From an uncultured Planctomycetaceae bacterium (GTDB taxonomy: Bacteria > Planctomycetota > Phycisphaerae > SM23-33), in assembly GCA_964646065.1 (NCBI GenBank), contig CAZYDC010000001.1, forward strand, positions 1-28,098: 28,098 bases of DNA, given 5' to 3'. The translations under genes and the position numbers were made by a program. Each line of letters starts with the position of its first letter. The first letter of the stretch is position 1. Positions 16,403-23,472 of this stretch are shown here, one piece after another. Below the pieces are notes generated by a model. It had not been told where the DNA came from. It did no database searches and saw only the letters and a program-made list of their open reading frames with translations.

Positions 16403-16600
16403 CTATCTAAGTTCCCGTAGGGCTTCGGCAAGCTCCATCAGGTCCAGAGGCTTGCCCACCCGCTTCGAGGCCGCAGATATTCCCCACCATCCTGCCGCAG
16501 GCAAGGGTGTTAATCGGGATTTTCCGAATGGCGTCTCGCGGACGGCCATCGCCATCGGTCTCCATCATTTTACTTTGAATTTGCCACGTCCATGCTTTCC
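16403..16600 (-). pseudogene. Degenerate response-regulator receiver-domain C-terminal fragment
   Basis: Across frameshifts it reads RKIPINTLACGRMVGNICGLEAG and KPLDLMELAEALRELR*, resembling receiver IPIIALTA..M.GD...LEAG...KP.D...L. Confidence 0.45.
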
Positions 16601-16632
16601 GGCGCTTCGTCGGAAGCATCTCCGTAAACATG

Positions 16633-18306
16633 TCACGGCTGTGCGGGTTTGCCGGTGGCGGCTGGGGCGGTGTAGGGCTTGCCCTGGTCGTCCACGGGGG
16701 TGGCCTGCGTGTTGTCGATGTTGTAGTTGTTGCGGCAGATCACCGACGACTGGACCTGCTGGGTCGAGCCGACCACAATGCCGCGATGATTGCCGCTGTC
16801 GAACACCACGTTGTCGATGATCTGCGAGCCCTCCTCGCCGCAAAGGCGAATGCCCGTGCTGGGGATGCGATTCTTTCCGTCGCTGCTGTAGGGCCGCACG
16901 ACGTTGCCCGAGATCACGAAGTTCTTGAGCGAATGCACTTCTTTGGCGTTGCCGCCCGAAAAGAGGTTGATGCCCTCCGGCGTGGGCGTCGTGCAACCGT
17001 ACTGCACGCCGTAGGAGAACCCGCCGGTGGCCGTGTCGGCCACGTCGCTCTTGCCGTCTTTGAGGGTCGAGTACGTGAAGGTCGTGCGGCTGGGCGTGGA
17101 GGTGACGTACACAACCTGGTCGTTCTTAATCGACCCGCCCGTGATCTTCATGCTGCGGAAGCCGATCTGCTTGCCGGGGGTCAGGCTGTACGGGATGTCG
17201 GTCGTGACCACGCCTTTCTCGATCTTGACCACGTCGTACCCGTCGTGGAGCTGGATGATGTTCCCGCGGATCTGGAAGTTGGACAGGTCCCAGGTGTCGG
17301 CCGCCAGGAAGATCGCCTGGTTCACGTCGCAGAAGATATTGTTCTGGTAGATGTGGTCGCGCAGCGGCCAGGTGTCCGTGTATATGGCGCAGCCCATGAA
17401 GTGCTCGAAGTAGTTATCCTCGACGAGGCAACCCTGGCAGCCGGACATGGTGATGCCGTGGCAGCCGAAGTGGTGGCCGAGAAAGTGGTTTCTTCGCATC
17501 ACGGCCCCGCGCGACCAATGGGGCACGTTGATGTCGCTCTTGCCGGGCCCGCCGGAGATGGTGGCGACCGAGCAGCCGGTCGGCTGGAGCAGCGATTGAC
17601 CGGTGAAGACGCAATCCTCGATGATCAGGTTGGTGGCGTCGGTCTCCATGCTGCCGAAGAGAGCGACGGCGAAGTTCTCGCCGGTCTCGTCGTCGTAGGT
17701 GCTGCCGTAGTTGGACACCATGCACCGCCTCACGGCGCAGTTGCTGCCCATCAAATGGATGGCGGCCGCGTTGGACTTGATGACGCCGTTCACCTTACGC
17801 TGGTTCTGGTACCCGCAGTCGATGGAGAGGTCGTCGATCTCGATGCCGCCGTCATTGCCCTCGAAGACGGTCGCGTGGGACTGGCCGGAGTTGTCCTGGA
17901 TGATCTTCGTGACCTCCATGCCGGCTCCGTGGATCTTGGTGTTGGCCTTGACGGTGAAGACGGCCGTTCCGCGCGTGTGGAACGTGCCGGGGCCGAGGTG
18001 GACGGCGCCCGCGGGCTTGATCGCCGCAAAGGCCGCGTCGAACTTGGCGGCCGTCGAAACGTCCAACGGGTCCGTCGCCGTGCCCTTGCCCGCCTGCCCA
18101 TCTGTGCGAAAGGCCAGGTACACCTCCGACGGGACCATGGATATGGAGGTGGACGCCGTGACGTTTGGGTGGCCGGGGCTGGGCGTCAAAGACACATCAC
18201 CCTTTCTTTGGTCCGGCCGCCCCCGGCTGACTTCCGCCCCAACATTGGTGCATCCTGTGGAGGTGAATAATCCGACGGCCGTCAACATCAATGCAAAGTA
18301 TTTCAT
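16633..18306 (-). CDS. Lipoprotein with right-handed parallel beta-helix (pectin-lyase-like fold), possible polysaccharide lyase/hydrolase
   Basis: ATG 18306, lipobox STG-C; VHLGPGTF..IHGAGMEVTKI start motif and Asn-rich periodic strands (VEDNYFEH, YQNNIFCD, IRGNIIQ, ISGNVVR, ICRNNYN). Confidence 0.8.
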   Translation of the reverse strand: MKYFALMLTAVGLFTSTGCTNVGAEVSRGRPDQRKGDVSLTPSPGHPNVTASTSISMVPSEVYLAFRTDGQAGKGTATDPLDVSTAAKFDAAFAAIKPAGAVHLGPGTFHTRGTAVFTVKANTKIHGAGMEVTKIIQDNSGQSHATVFEGNDGGIEIDDLSIDCGYQNQRKVNGVIKSNAAAIHLMGSNCAVRRCMVSNYGSTYDDETGENFAVALFGSMETDATNLIIEDCVFTGQSLLQPTGCSVATISGGPGKSDINVPHWSRGAVMRRNHFLGHHFGCHGITMSGCQGCLVEDNYFEHFMGCAIYTDTWPLRDHIYQNNIFCDVNQAIFLAADTWDLSNFQIRGNIIQLHDGYDVVKIEKGVVTTDIPYSLTPGKQIGFRSMKITGGSIKNDQVVYVTSTPSRTTFTYSTLKDGKSDVADTATGGFSYGVQYGCTTPTPEGINLFSGGNAKEVHSLKNFVISGNVVRPYSSDGKNRIPSTGIRLCGEEGSQIIDNVVFDSGNHRGIVVGSTQQVQSSVICRNNYNIDNTQATPVDDQGKPYTAPAATGKPAQP

Positions 18307-18324
18307 TGGATCGCCTTTATCCGG

Positions 18325-18402
18325 GACTTTCCCGGATGACCTCTCGCTGACGACCACCGCCAGCAGTCTGTGTGATCTTACTTAGTTTTGGCGTTTCGAC
18401 AA
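18325..18402 (-). promoter_or_regulatory. sigma70-type promoter followed by the 36-bp leader motif, copy C
   Basis: Minus strand: TTGTCG (18397-18402), 16 nt, TAAGAT (18375-18380), 15 nt, CGGTGGTCGTCAGCGAGAGGTCATCCGGGAAAGTC (18359-18325). Confidence 0.7.
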
Positions 18403-18515
18403 GACAATCCCAGGCCGGCGGCAATGCCACATAGTGCCAACAGCAACAGCATCGAACCGATCGGTCGTCTCATATACTGCTCTCCGGCTCGGTGGGGCCT
18501 TGGGCGCGCCGCGTA

Positions 18516-21500
18516 CTACCGGTAGGCCACCTCTATCTGGACCGTTCCCGTGACGTGGGACAGGCGGATCCATCCCTTGTCGGCGTCCCCATGTGAAAAA
18601 TCCTTCCACGCCTTGCCGTTGACCGTGACGCTCTTGATCGGGAGGGCCTTGGGATGGCGAAGCCGAAGTAGCACGGCCTGGGGCGGCCCGCGCGTGGGCA
18701 TTGTGATGGTTGCGACAATCCTGCCGGCGTCCACGTTGGAAACGATCTCGTACGCGACGTCGCCGAAATGCGTCGGGGCATGCTGGACGGAAATCTTCTT
18801 GCCCTGCTCCAACCACGCGCGGGGTGTGGCTCTGGCCAACCACAGGTTCGGGCCCTCTTCCATGACCAGCATCATGCGGAAGCGTTCGAGGAAAGCGGAC
18901 TCCTCGAAGCTCTTGTCCGGCGGTCCGCCGGTTGTGTGCTCGCGGAAGGTGTACTCGCCCGGCTGGATGTCCACGGCGTACTGGTTGAGCATCGAGCGAA
19001 TGAAGTTCGGAATGTCATCGGCGCCCAGGTGGATGTTGGCGTGGCGCTCCAGGCCGCACTGGTACTGCCAACTGGCCTGGTCGAACCAGTCCTTTTGCGG
19101 GTCGAAACGGCCGCCGGACCGTTCGTGGATCTTGCTGTTCTCCAGCAGCAACCGGTCTTCCAACACGTCCAGGTGCCCCTGCACGCGCGGGTCCTGAGGC
19201 GAGAGCAGACCGCTGGGGCTGACCAGCGGATCCGCCGACTGCACCGTGTCCCAGTAGATCGCGCCGACGTGCCCCTGGCAGCGTTGCCAGCCCCATGCGC
19301 CCGAGGCGAACCCGCGCACGTACGGGGCGAACGGGATGAATGAATGGTACGTGCCGTCGCGAACCGGCACCACAGGGGTCAGGGCGATGGACTGGTCGAT
19401 GGCCGCCAGGAGGTCCTTGCGGTAGGCCTCCGCCTCTGCCGACATCTTGGCGCCTTCCTTCGGGTCGATCATCGCCAGCATTTCGGCCATGTGGTGAACT
19501 GCCAGCCAGTAATAGGCCTCGGTTTCATAGAATTGCATGTGCATGCACATGCTGTCGGGGGTGACGACCTGTGCCGGTTGTAGCCCTTTGCACCAGAGGC
19601 GCTGCCCGCCGGGAAGTGTGCTCGCCAGCAGTTGCCGCTGACGCAGAATCCATTGTGCGTTGGCCTTCATGCGCGGAACGTTGGCCTTGAGCCATTCCAT
19701 GTCGCCGGTCAGACGGAAATGTTCCCAAAGGGCGAACATGATGGCGCCCGGGCCCATGCAATGGATGCCGTCCATGTTCTCGCCGATTCCTGGCGGGCCC
19801 TCGGCGTGGGTGAGGCAGCCGTAGCCGTCCGAGAAATTGCCCAGGGGCCGGTCGGGCCTGGCCGCACCGTTGTGTCCGCCCTGTCCGGGCACGATCTTGT
19901 GTTCCATCGGCAACCGCATCCACTGATCCAAGCCTTCCGCGGCCTCCTTGTGCATTCCCTGAAGGTCCAGCGCGTGGAGAATCTGGTAAGTCTCCGACGC
20001 GAGGACGCCGAAGGGGTAATCGTTGAAAAAACACTTCCCGTTTGCGTCCTTGGGGGTTCTCCGCAGGATGTGCCATGCGCCGAGATTCCACTGCGCCGTC
20101 AATTGCTCGCAGGGCACTTCCACCCGCATGGCCGGCTCAAACGGGGGGGTGGGGAAGGGCGGCAACGACTCGCCCGGGCGCATCGCCGCGACCGCCTGGG
20201 CCCAGGTTTGCTCGGAATGTTGGCGAACGCGCTGGCGGACGGTCGAGAGATTCCTGGCGGCCAGTTCACTGACGAACTCCTTCGCTGTTCGCGCGGTCGA
20301 TTCCATACGGAAGGGCGGCTCCGATACTGCCGGACGGAGCGTGGGTTGCGGCGTGTCGAGGGAATAGAAACGCCACACGTCCGCATTGCCCAGAGAGTCC
20401 GCGTGCGGATTACCCGCGTGGATGTTGTCGATCACGTCCTTGGCCAGACTCCAAACGCGGCCCTGGCCGCCGGCCTGGGCGATCGTCAGTTCAATGACGG
20501 TCGTATCGCAGCTATGATTGCCATCCTTGGGGCCAACAACCAGCGACACCATATCGCCGGATTCCACGGTTACGTCGGCCAATTGTTTCGCGTTGGCCTG
20601 GTCTGGGATCGGCTCCGCCCCGCCTGCGCCGATGGCCCCATGGGCGAGGGCCTGCCGGCCCGACTTGTTCTCCCGCACGATGGACCATTCGATGCCGTTT
20701 CCTCCCTTCGAATCGCCCATCGCCACGCTGCCCTTGATGCTGACTTCTCCACGAATAGGGCTCCGCCAGCCGACGGCCACGACGTGGTCGGGGCCCGGGT
20801 GCATGGCCACGGCACGAGCGGGGATGGTCAGGCTGCCGGCCGCACCAGGTTTATCGGTGGGGTTCACGCCAAACCATGGGATGACGTTGTCGGCCCATCC
20901 TCGAATCAGGGGGACACCGGGAATCGCGTCCATTTTCTGTGCCAACATCCGAGTCGTCAGATTTGGAACAGCCGGCGCCGCCTCCGGAACTGGAACGGCC
21001 TGGTGGTTCGCGGTGTCGCGGACAAAGAAACCATATTCCGGGGCCAGGATCGGCCCCTGTTCCAGATCGGACACGTTGAAGGAGAAACTTCCGGACCGGG
21101 TCCAAACGGTGAGGATCGTTCGCGCCACGTCCTGGGCCTGGGCGTGATACGGCCACACTCGCGGCCAGTGCGGACTGCCGATGTAAAGGACACTCAATCG
21201 CACGCCGCGGCGCCCGTCGCCTTTGGAGGCGGATTGCCACGCCCCCGGGCCGGTCATGGTCGTGGCGCGGGCGTCGGCCAGCGGCTGCACGTCGGCGAGC
21301 ACCCCGTTATAGGCCTCGACGCGCCCGTCATAGTTCAACTTGTCCCGTCCGTCCTGGAAACCCCACTCGATCTCCAGGTTCATCTTCTTCCAGGTATCGG
21401 GCACGATCGCACGAATGGCGGGGATGTCAAAAGCCGACGCGACTTTCTCGTCGCGCATGGCCGCCACCAAGGCCCAGGTGCCGACGGGAATTTTGTAGAC

Positions 21501-21998
21501 GTATGTAGGACCGTCGGCAGACACCTCTGGCTTGCCCGCTTCCTTGACGGTTCGAGGGTTCCACCAGGTGTGCGCCTGGTCATCCGTCGCGTCGAAGAAA
21601 CTGAGCACCACCTCGTCGGGCGATGGGCGGCGCTTGGCGTTGGCCGGCCAAGATAGTTCGACCCGCTGCACCGGCCGCACTTCTTCCCACATCAGTCCGC
21701 GCAGCACCTTCTTGATCGCCGGCGCGTCGGCATCTACCGGCTTGTCGTACGGAAGGTGCGCGTACTGCATGAGCATGACCCAGCTCTCCGGAGGATTTTC
21801 ATCCGCCTTGCGGTCGGCTCGGTATTGATACGCGTATGGCGCCATGTCGGCCGCCTGGCCCGCCCAGGAGGAGAATTCCGCCGTGGTTCGGATCGGTGGC
21901 GAGTCGGCTGGAAGTCCGCTGGTCGGCTGGGCAGTGCAGCCGCTCATGACAAGAACGATGGAGAACGCCAGTAAGGCCAGGCTTATTGAGGCTAACAT
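18516..21998 (-). CDS. Large lipoprotein with C-terminal (alpha/alpha)6 six-hairpin glycosidase-like barrel and an inserted PSD1/DUF1553-type domain
   Basis: SD GAGGTG, ATG 21998, lipobox MSG-C; GPGAIMFALWEHFRLTGDMEWLK..MKANAQWILRQR and EAYYWLAV..AEML helices typical of six-hairpin glycosidases; C-terminal beta-domain (LWLARATPRAWLE..ISVQHAPTHFG). Confidence 0.75.
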   Translation of the reverse strand: MLASISLALLAFSIVLVMSGCTAQPTSGLPADSPPIRTTAEFSSWAGQAADMAPYAYQYRADRKADENPPESWVMLMQYAHLPYDKPVDADAPAIKKVLRGLMWEEVRPVQRVELSWPANAKRRPSPDEVVLSFFDATDDQAHTWWNPRTVKEAGKPEVSADGPTYVYKIPVGTWALVAAMRDEKVASAFDIPAIRAIVPDTWKKMNLEIEWGFQDGRDKLNYDGRVEAYNGVLADVQPLADARATTMTGPGAWQSASKGDGRRGVRLSVLYIGSPHWPRVWPYHAQAQDVARTILTVWTRSGSFSFNVSDLEQGPILAPEYGFFVRDTANHQAVPVPEAAPAVPNLTTRMLAQKMDAIPGVPLIRGWADNVIPWFGVNPTDKPGAAGSLTIPARAVAMHPGPDHVVAVGWRSPIRGEVSIKGSVAMGDSKGGNGIEWSIVRENKSGRQALAHGAIGAGGAEPIPDQANAKQLADVTVESGDMVSLVVGPKDGNHSCDTTVIELTIAQAGGQGRVWSLAKDVIDNIHAGNPHADSLGNADVWRFYSLDTPQPTLRPAVSEPPFRMESTARTAKEFVSELAARNLSTVRQRVRQHSEQTWAQAVAAMRPGESLPPFPTPPFEPAMRVEVPCEQLTAQWNLGAWHILRRTPKDANGKCFFNDYPFGVLASETYQILHALDLQGMHKEAAEGLDQWMRLPMEHKIVPGQGGHNGAARPDRPLGNFSDGYGCLTHAEGPPGIGENMDGIHCMGPGAIMFALWEHFRLTGDMEWLKANVPRMKANAQWILRQRQLLASTLPGGQRLWCKGLQPAQVVTPDSMCMHMQFYETEAYYWLAVHHMAEMLAMIDPKEGAKMSAEAEAYRKDLLAAIDQSIALTPVVPVRDGTYHSFIPFAPYVRGFASGAWGWQRCQGHVGAIYWDTVQSADPLVSPSGLLSPQDPRVQGHLDVLEDRLLLENSKIHERSGGRFDPQKDWFDQASWQYQCGLERHANIHLGADDIPNFIRSMLNQYAVDIQPGEYTFREHTTGGPPDKSFEESAFLERFRMMLVMEEGPNLWLARATPRAWLEQGKKISVQHAPTHFGDVAYEIVSNVDAGRIVATITMPTRGPPQAVLLRLRHPKALPIKSVTVNGKAWKDFSHGDADKGWIRLSHVTGTVQIEVAYR

Positions 21999-22119
21999 GG
22001 GGCACCTCGGTGAAGTTGACGGTATCCTATCGTCGCGGACAGCCATAGTCTATCCAGTGATCGCCACCGAAGTGGGGGTATCCCTGACGCCAGGCCACCG
22101 GCCGCGAATAGCCCCAACT

Positions 22120-22326
22120 TTATTCGAGCCCTTTTCTTGTTATAATCATGTACACAAGATAGTTGTTGGCCAGCCATTCGGCAATCATGCGGTCGTACTC
22201 GACGTAGCTGGCCTTGCTCTTGCAAGGAGCGAAGTAGATCATGCGGCCTCCAAGAACGACAACTGCCTGGCCGGAGGCCCTGTGGCGGCAGTACGACGGA
22301 GTTTTTTTGAAGTGGGTGTTGGCTAT
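22120..22326 (-). pseudogene. N-terminal remnant of a Planctomycete-type tyrosine integrase
   Basis: KTPSYCRHRASGQAVVVLGGRMIYF...EYDRMIAEWLAN resembles the arm-binding N-terminus PSYRLHKASGQAVV.L.G...YLG...EYDRLIAEWLAN. Strong SD GAAAGGAG is followed by ATA instead of ATG; stop after about 68 codons. Confidence 0.8.
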
Positions 22327-22344
22327 CAGCGTGCTCCTTTCCAA

Positions 22345-22370
22345 ACGGTTTTTGTATGTACAAAACCCGT
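22345..22370. repeat. 12-bp imperfect inverted repeat upstream of the integrase remnant
   Basis: ACGGTTTTTGTA-TG-TACAAAACCCGT, one mismatch. Confidence 0.6.
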
Positions 22371-22443
22371 GAGGATTCCTGAGCCGCAGTGACCAACGCG
22401 GTCAGGTACGCTAATTCCAACGTTCGGCCTATTTTACATCCAC

Positions 22444-22486
22444 TGAGCCGTAGTAGACTTGAACTATTGACCTCCTGCGTGTCGAA
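22444..22486 (-). tRNA. 3' fragment only of a tRNA-Val(GAC)-like gene (att-type duplication, not a functional tRNA)
   Basis: Minus strand TTCGACACGCAGGAGGTCAATAGTTCAAGTCTACTACGGCTCA has a GAC-AC anticodon context, variable loop AGGTC, T-loop TTCAAGT, acceptor 3' strand and discriminator A. No 5' half upstream; one T-stem mismatch. Confidence 0.65.
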
Positions 22487-22574
22487 AAAGGGCCATTGAT
22501 TTCCGCATTCCGTGTTAATCGCTAGAGATGTGAAGCAAAGCTCTTGTTTTGCAGTGGCAAATGAATATTGCGAA

Positions 22575-22601
22575 TGGTTCGGGGCGGTTCGACACGGTTC
22601 G
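22575..22601. repeat. Three YGGTTCG units phased at 10 bp
   Basis: TGGTTCG 22575, CGGTTCG 22585, CGGTTCG 22595; weaker copies near 22612 and 22625. Confidence 0.6.
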
Positions 22602-22851
22602 TATAAAAGAGCGGTTTCCAACAATGGTTCCTACAATCGAAGCCACAGACATTTTATGAGATTGTTTTCAGGTTCCGAGTGTCAGGGTTTGACGGCGTGG
22701 ACACGGTTGGCCAGTGATACTCAGAGTTCCACGTGAGCGCCGCTGGAAGGCTGGTTCCCATCGCTCTGCACTCAAGCGGTCCACCGTCTGGATGCCGTGA
22801 TGACCATCGCATCTCGGGCAGTTCTATTGGAGCCACGCCTTGATTCCTGCA

Positions 22852-23472
22852 TTACGGATGCTCGCTGTCCTTCCACCGGCCCTTGCCGTCAAGATACTCC
22901 TCTTGCATGGCCTTGAGTTCGGCCGGCGAGAGGGTCGGTCGACCACAGGTTACCAGCGGGGTGATGTGATTGCGATACCAGAACCGCTCCGGGGGCTCAA
23001 CGTCCTTGGGCACTTTGCCGTTGGTCCGAAAGAGCCGCGAGACCATCTGCGAGCCCGGCGTCAGCCAGCGGTAGGTATCCCAGTTTCGCACGCCGGACCA
23101 GAAGTTGTAGCTGGCGGTCTTGCCCTCGGCATTGCCGTTGAGCTCGGTCTCGCTGTGGCCGGCGCTGTAGGGCATCACCGCGTCGCATGGGTGCTCGGCG
23201 AAGGTCTGGATGTCCGGCCCCAGCTGAGAGCGGAGAAACTGCATGAGCTTCACGTCCTCCAGCGAGTCGCCGAAACTGTCAAGGTAGAAGAAGGTGCAGC
23301 CGCGGTCGATCATGTTCTTAAAGCGAGTCCAGAGCATCTTCCGGTGGCCTGTGTCTTCGGAGTTGACGTCGATTATGGTGTCGGACCTCCAGTTGTCCCG
23401 GACGGCGCGGTGGCGAGGCCGGGTCGTCACGCCCAGGCGGGCGCCATTGCGGTTAATGTTAGAAATATGCCT
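22852..23472 (-). pseudogene. 5'-truncated fragment of a glycoside-hydrolase-like protein
   Basis: The open frame begins directly after the OPT stop with no SD or start (RHISNINRNGARLGVTTRP...GCTFFYLDSFG...FAEHPCD); strong coding codon bias; ends at TAA 22852. Confidence 0.55.

Noticed and set aside
22040-22075. Minus-strand CGGTGGCGATCACTGGATAG as a fourth copy of the 36-bp motif
   Set aside because: Only the first six bases match; no CGAGAG or GGGAAA block and no -10 hexamer at the 15-nt spacing.
22381-22460. GAGCCG-starting segments as group II intron domain V
   Set aside because: No GNRA-capped stem or closing GGTTC pairing; the 22444 copy fits a tRNA 3' end better.
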